In this document: piece by piece, positions 17,658 to 26,549 of the stretch
How positions within the stretch are numbered: the first letter of the stretch is position 1
Layout: each line of letters opens with the position of its first letter
IMG/VR virus record: IMGVR_UViG_3300028454_001154
Length of the DNA: 35,597 nt
Source: an uncultured virus (IMG/VR IMGVR_UViG_3300028454_001154)
Taxonomy: Duplodnaviria > Heunggongvirae > Uroviricota > Caudoviricetes
Strand: one strand, 5' to 3'
The notes under the pieces: model-generated
Seen by the model: only the letters and a program-made list of their open reading frames with translations
Database searches by the model: none
What the model was told of the DNA's origin: nothing
Program-made: the position numbers and the translations under genes

Positions 17658-17875
17658 GAAAATGGTATTACATAGCCCTCGAACGATATGACAAGGACGG
17701 AAACCGAACGGACAGATTGTTCGTTAATGAGAGAGCCTTCGGCTTCTTGTACAGCTTTGTATCGGATGTCAATAAGGCCAAGTTCTTCACCAATAAGAGG
17801 GCTGCACAGGAGTTCGGAAAGAACCTCGTGTGCGCGCAGCGTGAAAAGATTTTCTACGAGGATATGTACTTTTAG
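17654..17875 (+). CDS. Hypothetical protein
   Basis: RBS ggaggaggt; ATGA overlap. Confidence 0.55.
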   Translation: MRKWYYIALERYDKDGNRTDRLFVNERAFGFLYSFVSDVNKAKFFTNKRAAQEFGKNLVCAQREKIFYEDMYF

Positions 17876-17878
17876 GGC

Positions 17879-17962
17879 GTAACGATTTTCAAATAGCCTT
17901 TGTCACCCGGCCTGTTATCATAAAGATACAGGGAATCATCCCCGAAAGCTACCGAACGGTAG
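17879..17962 (+). promoter_or_regulatory. Family promoter plus 14-bp palindrome
   Basis: gtaac...TAGCCT-16-TATCAT; CTACCGAACGGTAG at 17949-17962. Confidence 0.65.
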
Positions 17963-18000
17963 CCGTAGGGGATGACTTATCAAGAACAAGGAGGACAGAT

Positions 18001-18198
18001 ATGAAAGTGGAACGGTTTGTTAGCGAGTTCGCCAAGTACGAGAAGCGAAAGCTTCAGGGTGCTGGCGAGCTTTTTGGCAATTGGGAGGTAATCGATCCTG
18101 CCATTGAGAGGATCGACCTCGCAGTAACGTATCGTGAGCGTGGGATTATAACGGCCACCGAGGCCGTCAGAATGATTGCGGAAGTGGAGGGAAAGTGA
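18001..18198 (+). CDS. Hypothetical protein
   Basis: RBS aaggagg. Confidence 0.6.
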   Translation: MKVERFVSEFAKYEKRKLQGAGELFGNWEVIDPAIERIDLAVTYRERGIITATEAVRMIAEVEGK

Positions 18199-18199
18199 A

Positions 18200-18583
18200 A
18201 TGACGAAAAACAAGAAGCTGACCAAGCCCCAGATCGAGAAGCTTGCCAAAGAAATCCGCAAGTGGATGTTGGACAATGAACTCTGGGTTGACACCAGAAT
18301 ATACTTCAATGGCAAGGCCTTTTCCACCGACGATGGTCATGGACAATATGCCTACAATGACCCAGACCGTCTGTTCGTGCTGGAGAACGAAGATCCGAAA
18401 AGGTACTTTGATTATGTCGGACCTATCCTCAGCATGAGCTTCGAGGGTGATCTGTACGACATACTCAACTACTGTGAAGCTCCGAGGCTGGAGGAAGAGT
18501 TCAGGGCGATCTTCGCCAAATATGGGCTGTACTTCGAGCTCGGCAATGCGTGGAATCTCACTGCTGTATACAACTGGTGTTAG
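18200..18583 (+). CDS. Hypothetical phage protein
   Basis: RBS ggaggg; C-terminal 'IF.KYGLYFELG.AWNL'. Confidence 0.6.
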   Translation: MTKNKKLTKPQIEKLAKEIRKWMLDNELWVDTRIYFNGKAFSTDDGHGQYAYNDPDRLFVLENEDPKRYFDYVGPILSMSFEGDLYDILNYCEAPRLEEEFRAIFAKYGLYFELGNAWNLTAVYNWC

Positions 18584-18599
18584 AAAGGAGAGGTGGACA

Positions 18600-19169
18600 A
18601 TGGTCAGAATCGGAAAACAGTACACTTTCGATACTCACGGGATAGATAGCGGCCTGACCTGCCTTGATGGCAGCGAGTGTGTTGTTCTCTATCCAGTGAA
18701 GGAAGATGAATATGACAAGGAAGATGTCGGGCCAATGTGGCGTGTGAAGATGCCGATGCGCGGAGGGCTGGAACTTGATGCTTTTGACGATGAGCTGATC
18801 GGGCATTACCTCCAGAAGGATGTTTTGCCACTCTACAATGTTCATCCGGCTCAGCGAGAGTTGGCAATCAGCAATTTTGCGAAGGAGTTGATTGCCGATC
18901 TCGGCAATGGCGATCCTGCCGAGTCAGGTGATCGGACAAGCACTTACCACGATTTCGCGGCAAGTCTCGACGGAAAGAGCAAGCTGACACTCTCCCTGAT
19001 TGAAGTTAAAAACGATCTGGGGGAAAAGTATTGGGATTATGCGTTGCATGTTCTTAATGACATTGACGAGGTCGATGGATATTGTCTCTGGTCGGACGGT
19101 GGTTCTGTTGACTGTCTCACAAAGCTGTTAGACGATTTCGCGCACGAATTGGCATGCTGCCGAGCGTAA
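18600..19169 (+). CDS. Hypothetical protein
   Basis: RBS aaggagaggt before ATG 18600. Confidence 0.6.
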   Translation: MVRIGKQYTFDTHGIDSGLTCLDGSECVVLYPVKEDEYDKEDVGPMWRVKMPMRGGLELDAFDDELIGHYLQKDVLPLYNVHPAQRELAISNFAKELIADLGNGDPAESGDRTSTYHDFAASLDGKSKLTLSLIEVKNDLGEKYWDYALHVLNDIDEVDGYCLWSDGGSVDCLTKLLDDFAHELACCRA

Positions 19170-19184
19170 AAGGAGGATGAAGAA

Positions 19185-19442
19185 ATGAACGATCTTGCAA
19201 TCGAAACCTTTTCCTTTGACGATGCTCTTGTGGTGGTTACTGAAAACTCCGATGGAGAAATCTATGCGATCAAGGCAGATTACGTTCAGGATTTGATCGA
19301 CGATTGGAACGGTGAATGTAATGCTGTCCCGCCGAATGAAGCCAGAGTTTTCTTTGCCACTTACAATGGCAAGCAGATCAACCCATATGAATGTCCAGAT
19401 TTTGGAACGATGATGGAGTATCTGAAGCGTATGGTGCGATAG
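19185..19442 (+). CDS. Hypothetical acidic protein
   Basis: RBS aaggagg. Confidence 0.6.
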   Translation: MNDLAIETFSFDDALVVVTENSDGEIYAIKADYVQDLIDDWNGECNAVPPNEARVFFATYNGKQINPYECPDFGTMMEYLKRMVR

Positions 19443-19449
19443 AAGGGAC

Positions 19450-19701
19450 TTGGAAATGCTGATCATCGAAAAGCTTACTGGATATACAATCCCTCTTTTT
19501 GGGAACAGACGAAGCTTGCCATACGGAAAACTTCTCGTTTCAGATGGCTACGCCAGAAAGCAATGCGAGATCCGGGAAACCAAAAATGGAGATCAGTATA
19601 TTGTTTTCCGTCGCCAGCGTTATGGTGTCAAGAACGCTGGGACGCTGTATCAACCGAATTATTGTTTGTATGAGAAAGGATGGACGAATAATGACAATTA
19701 A
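19450..19701 (+). CDS. Hypothetical protein
   Basis: ORF in the operon (TTG 19450 or ATG 19456). Confidence 0.5.
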   Translation: MEMLIIEKLTGYTIPLFGNRRSLPYGKLLVSDGYARKQCEIRETKNGDQYIVFRRQRYGVKNAGTLYQPNYCLYEKGWTNNDN

Positions 19702-20083
19702 CCTCACCGAACAGGACGTTATTGATACGGGCGAAAATCTTTTGTGGACGGTTCGTTTTGAAACACAGTCGAACGTCAATCAGTCCGGAATGGAGAAGTA
19801 TGTCTCCTTTTACAAAGAATCTCCTGCGGGAGAAGATATCGAAGTATGTGTTTTCTATGAAGACATCGAAGATATCCCTTCGGCTGTTCACGAATACTAC
19901 ATAGACTTTGATCCTGAGGAACATGTCCATATGTGGCTCGAAGCCAAGAGGAACGGGATCGCAAATGTGCCGTATATTACAGAGCTTGTCGAGGATTCAA
20001 TTGCCATCGAGAGAATGATCTTGAAATTGTACCTCGCTCTGCAGGATTGCTACGAAAGGAAGTGCCATGATGGTGAAGTTTGA
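19691..20083 (+). CDS. Hypothetical phage protein
   Basis: RBS aaagga; 'FDPEEH..MW.EAK.NG...VP...ELVED..AI'. Confidence 0.6.
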   Translation: MTINLTEQDVIDTGENLLWTVRFETQSNVNQSGMEKYVSFYKESPAGEDIEVCVFYEDIEDIPSAVHEYYIDFDPEEHVHMWLEAKRNGIANVPYITELVEDSIAIERMILKLYLALQDCYERKCHDGEV

Positions 20084-20732
20084 TGTTTTCCAGCTCGATG
20101 TTTGGGGAAATGAGAAAGACGGGTATGAAATCAACGACAGTATCTGTCTTGGCAGTGTCCAAGTTGAAGGCACTCTCGCCGATATGACTGAGTCTGCTGT
20201 TCTCAAAGCCGTCTGTGGTTTCAGAACCAAAGATGTTATCGGTAGGGAGATATCCGTTCTCGACACAACTGATCGACGCCGTGTGTATGCGGAAGATCTG
20301 TTTGAGTCCGGGAGCTATTGGGAAATCGGCACCAAGAAGGGTCACAGGCCGTTTTTAGGTCTCTGGATAAGGTGCGAAGAAACGGAAAGAGCTCCTTTGA
20401 AGCTTGCAGCTATCAGGGAAGCCCTCATGCAGGGAAGGAGCCTCGACAGCATTCTTAGCTTCGGCCCCGGTCAGGATTGCACCATTTTCAAAGCGAAGGA
20501 GTTCGTTCCCACGGATGATATCATCTACATTCCGGACGTTGCACTCAATCACATTCCTCTTGATGAAGATATCAGCAAGGACGAAGATGCAATTCAATAC
20601 GTTATTGATATGTGCTATACCGGGTTGGATTTTGTCCATATTTGTGATGGTGACGAGAAATTGGCAAGAACGTTGTTTGATTACTGTGATTGGCAGCACC
20701 CGACGTCTGCTTATCCAGAGCTGTTCGAATAG
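20067..20732 (+). CDS. Hypothetical two-domain protein
   Basis: N-terminal 'LDVWGNE.DGYEIND' and C-terminal 'A..LF..CDWQHP'. Confidence 0.6.
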   Translation: MMVKFDVFQLDVWGNEKDGYEINDSICLGSVQVEGTLADMTESAVLKAVCGFRTKDVIGREISVLDTTDRRRVYAEDLFESGSYWEIGTKKGHRPFLGLWIRCEETERAPLKLAAIREALMQGRSLDSILSFGPGQDCTIFKAKEFVPTDDIIYIPDVALNHIPLDEDISKDEDAIQYVIDMCYTGLDFVHICDGDEKLARTLFDYCDWQHPTSAYPELFE

Positions 20733-20749
20733 TGTAAGGAGGACCTCTA

Positions 20750-20986
20750 ATGAACTTTGATCCGAATGAACTTCACTACGAGTATAACACCAAAGGCTAT
20801 ATGTTGTTTTACAAAGGCAAAGCTATTGGTGGGGCTGGTATTGACCGACACGCAAAAGGTTGTCGCTCCAATCTGACACTATTCAGAGATATGGCCGAGC
20901 AAGACAAGAATGCAATTCTCGCGGGGAGAGGCCAAAACCGATATCTCTATGAGATGTCGAAAATCGACGAACAAAAAACAGATTGA
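20750..20986 (+). CDS. Hypothetical protein
   Basis: RBS aaggagg. Confidence 0.6.
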   Translation: MNFDPNELHYEYNTKGYMLFYKGKAIGGAGIDRHAKGCRSNLTLFRDMAEQDKNAILAGRGQNRYLYEMSKIDEQKTD

Positions 20987-21039
20987 CATAGCCCAGCCAT
21001 GTTATACGATATAGCTATCGATAAACTACCAAATGGTAG
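20971..21039 (+). promoter_or_regulatory. Family promoter plus 14-bp palindrome
   Basis: acaaaaaacaga TTGACA-16-TACGAT; CTACCAAATGGTAG at 21026-21039. Confidence 0.75.
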
Positions 21040-21054
21040 AAAGGAAGGTTCCCG

Positions 21055-21957
21055 ATGATTAAGCTAAAGGAGCAGAAAGCAAGCCTCAATCTTTATGATG
21101 ACGACGTCATCAAATGGGAAGAAGACGGCAAGAAATGCGCGATCCGCGTGGCTTCCGATGATTGCCCGGACAGTCCGAGAGAAGGCTATGATTACAACCA
21201 GAACATCATGGCCTGCTTCCATCCGAGATACAATCTTGGAGACCGCGATCTGGGACAGTATGACATGAAAAATCCTGAGGACTTCTGGCGCGATCTTGTC
21301 AGGTCGCATGTTCCGTCTGATGAATTGATCGACCGGGCTTTCGCAGGAGAACTCCCCAACATTCAGATTCGCAAACTGGACGATGAACTGTTCGACCTTC
21401 TTTGCAGAGAAGACTATAACGACGAATGGTTCACACAGGAACGAAATGTCGAATCTTCCACTTTGTATGTGAGTCTTGTGGATATTCTAACCGTTGATGA
21501 ATGCCAGACGATCATGGAGCCGCATGCAGAATGGCTCCCGCTCTGGCTGTACGATCATTCCGGAATCTCGATGTCCTGTGGTACTCGTACATATCCTTAC
21601 AATGACAGATGGGACAGCGGACAGATTGGCTGGATTATCACACTCAAGGAATCGGTGCCGGAAAGCAAGCGGCAGAACGACGATGAAACATGGCGGAAGA
21701 AAGCTGTTGAGTCCATGGCTCTTGACGTGGAGCTTTATGACCTTTACCTCAGAGGCGATTGCTACGGTCTCGTTTACTATGAATATGAGGACGGCGAGTG
21801 GATCGAAAAGGATTCCTGCTTTGGCTTTTACGGTTCTGACATTTATCGGAATGGAATGCTCGAATATGTGGGAACGGATCTGAAAAAAGCTCTTGAGGAT
21901 GACATGGTCGAACGCACACACGCCAAACGTCATTATACCGTCACCTTTGATTTTTAG
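21055..21957 (+). CDS. Hypothetical phage protein ('LYDHSG...WDSGQ.G' family)
   Basis: 'LPLWLYDHSGISMS', 'WDSGQIGWI', 'DSCFGFYG'. Confidence 0.65.
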   Translation: MIKLKEQKASLNLYDDDVIKWEEDGKKCAIRVASDDCPDSPREGYDYNQNIMACFHPRYNLGDRDLGQYDMKNPEDFWRDLVRSHVPSDELIDRAFAGELPNIQIRKLDDELFDLLCREDYNDEWFTQERNVESSTLYVSLVDILTVDECQTIMEPHAEWLPLWLYDHSGISMSCGTRTYPYNDRWDSGQIGWIITLKESVPESKRQNDDETWRKKAVESMALDVELYDLYLRGDCYGLVYYEYEDGEWIEKDSCFGFYGSDIYRNGMLEYVGTDLKKALEDDMVERTHAKRHYTVTFDF

Positions 21958-21963
21958 GAGGGA

Positions 21964-22611
21964 ATGAAAATGGAAGAAAAGACTCTGAAAGGCTGGAGCC
22001 AGTTTTGCGATTTCTCCGGGAAAGGATCTTGGACAGATTATTGTCTGCCCGGAGAGCGAGTTTCGGAGGATGTAGTGGATTACTTCAGAAATGTGATGCC
22101 GCCCATTTTCACGGCCTCGCGTTATCTTCAGGTCGGCGAGCCTTACGATCACCGGACGGATTATCTTTCCGGCAAAGTAAAGCCTATTTACATGACATTC
22201 CAGCGTTATGAAGGAGGACCTTGGATTTACGAAGGTCTGTGTTTCAAGAGAGAAGACACGGATATCAGTCGGATGATCGATTACGGAGATGTCAAGACCT
22301 ACCTCAAAGAGATGAAGCTGCTTGAGACTCGACATAAAGTTAGGCCGAGAATTGTTTGTAAAGACGGATTCACGGTGTCTGTTCAGGCCAGTGCGTTTCA
22401 TTATTGCACTCCGCGTGATGATCTGGCAGACGGGAATTACACTAATGTTGAAGTGGGCTACCCGAGCCAGCCTGAATCGATGCTTGAGCAGTACGCCGAA
22501 AATCCAGACGACCCTTGCAACACAGTATACGGCGATGTGCCTATTGAAATCGTGGACGCTGTTATTCAAAAGCATGGGGGCTTTTTTGAAAGTCGTCCGG
22601 TAAGCATTTAG
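21964..22611 (+). CDS. Hypothetical two-domain protein
   Basis: 'Q.GEPYDH' domain plus 'CKDGF.VSVQAS.FHYC.PR...EVGYPS' domain. Confidence 0.65.
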   Translation: MKMEEKTLKGWSQFCDFSGKGSWTDYCLPGERVSEDVVDYFRNVMPPIFTASRYLQVGEPYDHRTDYLSGKVKPIYMTFQRYEGGPWIYEGLCFKREDTDISRMIDYGDVKTYLKEMKLLETRHKVRPRIVCKDGFTVSVQASAFHYCTPRDDLADGNYTNVEVGYPSQPESMLEQYAENPDDPCNTVYGDVPIEIVDAVIQKHGGFFESRPVSI

Positions 22612-22618
22612 AGCGACA

Positions 22619-22707
22619 TGTAACTGTTTATCATATTGCCTTAGTCCCTTCAAATGGTACGATTTAGTTGTAAAACAACAATATCATTTGGTTCTGCCAA
22701 ATGGACG
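22619..22707 (+). promoter_or_regulatory. Family promoter plus degenerate palindrome
   Basis: tgtaac...TTGCCT-16-TACGAT; CTGCCAAATGGACG at 22694. Confidence 0.6.
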
Positions 22708-22727
22708 CCGATGAAAGGAGCCAAAAA

Positions 22728-23297
22728 ATGAAAGTGTGGATTTTGCAGAAAAGGCACCCCGGATATGCCTTGGTCGATGATTCGCTTGAAATCTACGACT
22801 ACGACTCCGGAGAAATCGTAGGTGTGTTCAATAGTGAATACCATGCTATGGAACGGCGCGATGATCTGCAGCATGAAGCAGACCTCGAAAAGCAGCTCTA
22901 TGATTGCGATGAAACCGAGTATTTCATCACCGAATGGAATGTTGAAGAGGAGTTCAACACGGAGCTGCATTATCTGTATCGCGATGCTTCCAACTATAGG
23001 TGGAACTATAAGGCCGTAGTCCGTGGAAGGGTGACAGACGCACAGAAAGCAGCCATTTTCCAGAAGCTCCAGAGTGACGGAGATATTCACTACTTCCTGC
23101 CTGACGCTGTTGGCCTGCCGTGCGATTATGCTGCTGGCTGCGAATATGACACTGAGCTTGACCATCCATATTGTGAGATTAGGAAGGACGATATCAGCCT
23201 CACCAAGAATCCTCCAACAGTCAATATTGATGCAGATGGTCTGTTTGAATTGTTTATGATGATGCCCGCATTTGATGTGGAGAGATTCATCCGATAA
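22728..23297 (+). CDS. Hypothetical acidic protein
   Basis: RBS aaggag before ATG 22728; 'YLYRDASNY' motif. Confidence 0.6.
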   Translation: MKVWILQKRHPGYALVDDSLEIYDYDSGEIVGVFNSEYHAMERRDDLQHEADLEKQLYDCDETEYFITEWNVEEEFNTELHYLYRDASNYRWNYKAVVRGRVTDAQKAAIFQKLQSDGDIHYFLPDAVGLPCDYAAGCEYDTELDHPYCEIRKDDISLTKNPPTVNIDADGLFELFMMMPAFDVERFIR

Positions 23298-23332
23298 CAA
23301 GCATCCAGAAGCACCAAAGGAGGGCTGATACC

Positions 23333-23445
23333 ATGATGGACATAAAAGAATTGAAAGTGACTGTCGGCGAGGTCTGTGAAGGCTATTTCAACGACGCAGA
23401 GGAAGGCGTTGTCGGCTAACAAGAAGCCGGACATACATACACCCA
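23333..23445 (+). pseudogene. Truncated N-terminus resembling DUF262 (GmrSD-like)/HNH protein
   Basis: RBS aaggaggg; MMDIKELKVTVGEVCEGYFNDAEEGVVG* then frameshifted NKKPDIH, similar to the recalled 'TV..L.EGY.D..E.GV.GY..KLDIRP' start. Confidence 0.5.
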
Positions 23446-23490
23446 TTGGTTGTTCGGCTATTGTCTGGGAGGCAGACAGGCTGGAGACAT

Positions 23491-23584
23491 TGTAACGACA
23501 TATCAGATAGCCATAGTCCTCCAACAGGGTACAATATAGTTGTAGAAAACAAACACATTATGTCCCGGTTCTACCGAACGGTAG
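23491..23584 (+). promoter_or_regulatory. Family promoter plus 14-bp palindrome
   Basis: tgtaac...TAGCCA-16-TACAAT; CTACCGAACGGTAG at 23571-23584. Confidence 0.7.
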
Positions 23585-23600
23585 AAATCCGGAGAAAGGA

Positions 23601-24002
23601 ATGACGACAATGAATGACGACAAGAAAATCCTCAGGGTGGTTAATGTATCGATCACAGCCAACCTTACGAGGGAAGATGTAGACGATATCATGTCGGGGG
23701 CGCTTGACGGTGGAATCACCTACTGGGCAGACCGAGTTGAGGTTGTCGGAGACTACATGGCTCAGTATGCTTCGGAGCAGATTTCCAGAGGAGGGGAGCT
23801 GCTGATTCACGATGTCGAAGCCGAGCAGAGCTATTACTTTACTTTGGATATGTTTATCAAGGGTTTCAAGTTGTGGCTGCAACATGGAAACGATATTCAC
23901 AGAGCTGTTTCCGATGGGAAGGTCGATACCTGTAATATCGACGCGGGAGATTGCGATGCAATCATCCAGTATGCATTGTTCGGCGAAATCATTTACGCAT
24001 AA
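23601..24002 (+). CDS. Hypothetical phage protein
   Basis: 'AL.GGI.YW' and 'IDA..CD.IIQYALFGE..Y'. Confidence 0.65.
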   Translation: MTTMNDDKKILRVVNVSITANLTREDVDDIMSGALDGGITYWADRVEVVGDYMAQYASEQISRGGELLIHDVEAEQSYYFTLDMFIKGFKLWLQHGNDIHRAVSDGKVDTCNIDAGDCDAIIQYALFGEIIYA

Positions 24003-24014
24003 GGAGGATGAATC

Positions 24015-24590
24015 ATGGGGACCAGAAATCTTACCGCCGTGTACAGTGACGGCCAGTACAAGATCGCCCAGTACGGACAGTGGGATGGATACCCGAGTGG
24101 TCAGGGAATCACAGTGCTTCGGTTCATGCATAAGATCATGGACAATGGCTTGATCGATGATTTCCGGAAGGTTATTCGCAAAACGAAGTTCTTCACTGAA
24201 CGGGAGATCGAGAGAATTGACGAGAGAATCCACAACAGGAAGCTGAAGAACTGGCAGGATATTTACCCTGAACTCAGTCGAGATACTGGCGCGGAGATTC
24301 TCGATCTGGTTTACAGCAGCCGAGCAAGCAAAAAGCTGCATAACAGTATCGAGTTTGCTGCAGACAGCGTTTTCTGCGAATGGGCATGGGTTATCGACCT
24401 CGACAGAATGACCTTTGAAGGTTATAAGGGCTTCAATAAGGAAGAGCTTACTCCGGATGATCGCTTTTATTTCCTGCGCGATGAAGAAACTGATGAAGAA
24501 TACCACGGTGTCAAGATGGTTGCATCTTGGGATTTGAACAGCCTTCCCAATGATGAAGACTTCCTTGCGGCGTTCAAGGAGGAGGAGTGA
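24015..24590 (+). CDS. Hypothetical phage protein ('MGTR...Y.QWDGYP' family)
   Basis: RBS aaggagg; 'QYGQWDGYPSGQG', 'CEWAWVIDLD'. Confidence 0.65.
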   Translation: MGTRNLTAVYSDGQYKIAQYGQWDGYPSGQGITVLRFMHKIMDNGLIDDFRKVIRKTKFFTEREIERIDERIHNRKLKNWQDIYPELSRDTGAEILDLVYSSRASKKLHNSIEFAADSVFCEWAWVIDLDRMTFEGYKGFNKEELTPDDRFYFLRDEETDEEYHGVKMVASWDLNSLPNDEDFLAAFKEEE

Positions 24591-24967
24591 TCATGAGCTA
24601 CTACAGCAATTTCACGCTGAATGTCTATGATTGGCCTGAAGGCTCGAAAAATGTCGAATATGGGCGATTGGTCACTGACGAATATCTCAAGATCGCTGTG
24701 GATAATGCAATCCAAGCGCTTGACGTGTTTGAAGAAGGAAACATGCGCAGTGGTTATTACGCCTATGCTCCGTGGAGTACAGTAGACGAAGACATGTGCG
24801 AACTCTCCAGAAAGTTTCCCACTGTTCTCTTTGAACTCAACGGAAATGGCGATGACTGGGATGATATCTGGGTAACGTATTATCTTGACGGCAAAATGCA
24901 GTTTTGCCCTGCCGCCATCGTATATCCTGATTTTGACCCCGATGGATTTAAGGAGTATCAGCCATGA
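24587..24967 (+). CDS. Hypothetical protein
   Basis: 'DM..LS.KFP.VLF.L.G.G.D..D.W..YY..GK'. Confidence 0.6.
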   Translation: MIMSYYSNFTLNVYDWPEGSKNVEYGRLVTDEYLKIAVDNAIQALDVFEEGNMRSGYYAYAPWSTVDEDMCELSRKFPTVLFELNGNGDDWDDIWVTYYLDGKMQFCPAAIVYPDFDPDGFKEYQP

Positions 24968-25353
24968 CGAGCAGTCAACAAGCAATCAGGGACAAGGTTC
25001 TGGAAGATCTTTGGGCTGAGTTCGAAGACGTCCCGATGAATCCGGAAACAGAGTGTATAGAGGCGCCGTTTAGGGATTTCCCGGCTGGAACAAATCGGTG
25101 GGATATTCTCGAATGGTTCGACAAGCATTACTCGAAAGGAGTCTATGCATTGATGTACGATGCAGACGCTGCAAAGGAAGATTTATTGCAGTATTATGCC
25201 AACCTTGGGACATGGTGCTGCGACTGCGAATCTGATGACTGCGCGTTTAATAGGTATGGTGAATGCCGTTTTTCACTCGTGAATGAGCGAGCCCCAGAAA
25301 TCACAGATAATGCGGGCTGCCTCGATTATATTGTCAGGAGGATTGAATCTTGA
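24964..25353 (+). CDS. Hypothetical protein with Cys-rich C-terminus
   Basis: 'LE.LW..F.DVPM.PETEC.E.PF..FP.GT.R..I..WFD..YSKGV'. Confidence 0.6.
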   Translation: MTSSQQAIRDKVLEDLWAEFEDVPMNPETECIEAPFRDFPAGTNRWDILEWFDKHYSKGVYALMYDADAAKEDLLQYYANLGTWCCDCESDDCAFNRYGECRFSLVNERAPEITDNAGCLDYIVRRIES

Positions 25354-25601
25354 AGAAATACACTGTCTATGGGGAAGCAAAAGTCCGTGTCTCCTGCACC
25401 GTCTTCGCAAGAGATGATGAAGAGGTATCTTTTGAAAAGCTCAAAAAGAGAGCCAACAGGAAGTTCGGCGGCGTTTCGTTCTTGGACGGCAATGGGCATA
25501 TGCGATCAGTTGGCGTCAATGGAGAAGGGGAGACCATTTCCCCGCGCAGGGAGCCCATCCACTGGTATGACTATGATGAGGAGGTTGAACAGCTATGGTG
25601 A
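25350..25601 (+). CDS. Hypothetical protein
   Basis: RBS aggagg; TTG start. Confidence 0.55.
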   Translation: MKKYTVYGEAKVRVSCTVFARDDEEVSFEKLKKRANRKFGGVSFLDGNGHMRSVGVNGEGETISPRREPIHWYDYDEEVEQLW

Positions 25602-25861
25602 ACGGTGATCTCTTACATGACATCGATCTCGAATTGGAAGCATTCACTGCCGATCTCGTTCCGGCCATTCTGGGGGATGACGGAGGGTTTTTCATAACCT
25701 ACTCATACACTCCGAACAGTCTGTGTCTTGAGTGGGAGTGGGAACGGCTGGACAGCAGGAAACGGAGAAAGTCTTTTGAAACGGACGAAGAAGAAAGCTC
25801 TGAAATGCTGAAGAATCGCATTAAAGCATATTTGTTCGATTTATGTGTGTTGCTCTCGTGA
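25595..25861 (+). CDS. Hypothetical protein
   Basis: RBS gaggaggt. Confidence 0.55.
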   Translation: MVNGDLLHDIDLELEAFTADLVPAILGDDGGFFITYSYTPNSLCLEWEWERLDSRKRRKSFETDEEESSEMLKNRIKAYLFDLCVLLS

Positions 25862-25884
25862 ATCTTTAAGGAGGCTTGTAGATT

Positions 25885-26394
25885 ATGAGTTATGACATCA
25901 AGCGCGGCGACATCTTTTACATTGATCGATTTGGCGTTCAGACCGGGAACGAACAGATTCCCGGCAGACCGGGTATCGTTGTCTCAAATGATCTGAACAA
26001 TAAGTACAGCGGCACCGTCGAAGTCGTGTACCTCACCACCCAGCCCAAGGCGGAACTGGCTACTCATGTAACCATTCGAAGCTCCCAGAAGGTAAGCACT
26101 GCGTTATGTGAGCAGGTAACAACAGTCAGTGTAGAACGGCTTGGAGATTGGGTCGCTACATGTACGGCAGACGAAATGTTCGAAATCGACATCGCATTGT
26201 TGAAGTCGTTGGATATCAATATCCCAGAACTGAAAAAGCAGCTGAATGCAAAACTGGAAATCGCAGCACAGGAGTCCGCAAAACAGCCTCCTGTTACTGC
26301 AGCAGAAGAGAACATTGCGAGATACAAGATGGAAGCCGAAATGTATAAAAACCTCTATCAGGAACTTCTGAACAGGTTGCTTCCGGCAAAATAG
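25885..26394 (+). CDS. PemK/MazF-family endoribonuclease-like protein with C-terminal coiled coil
   Basis: 'IKRGDIFY......G.EQ..GRP.IVVSND..N..S..VEVVYLTT', 'ALCEQ.TTV...RL'. Confidence 0.85.
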   Translation: MSYDIKRGDIFYIDRFGVQTGNEQIPGRPGIVVSNDLNNKYSGTVEVVYLTTQPKAELATHVTIRSSQKVSTALCEQVTTVSVERLGDWVATCTADEMFEIDIALLKSLDINIPELKKQLNAKLEIAAQESAKQPPVTAAEENIARYKMEAEMYKNLYQELLNRLLPAK

Positions 26395-26397
26395 CGC

Positions 26398-26430
26398 GAT
26401 CCCTCCGGTCAAAACCGGAGGGATATTTTT
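26398..26430 (+). terminator. Rho-independent terminator
   Basis: atccctccggt-caaa-accggagggat followed by attttt. Confidence 0.85.
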
Positions 26431-26503
26431 GTAAGCAATTATAGCTTGACATTGCCTCCTTGGGTGTTATAGTTTAGTCAACGGGAAAACTACCGTTTGG
26501 TAG
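26430..26503 (+). promoter_or_regulatory. Strong promoter plus 14-bp palindrome driving the OB-fold/RAMP/array operon
   Basis: TTGACA(26446)-16-TATAGT, TG extended -10; CTACCGTTTGGTAG at 26490-26503. Confidence 0.8.
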
Positions 26504-26549
26504 ATGACAAGGCTCCAAAATGGAGTGCTACTGAAAGGAGAGTTACATA

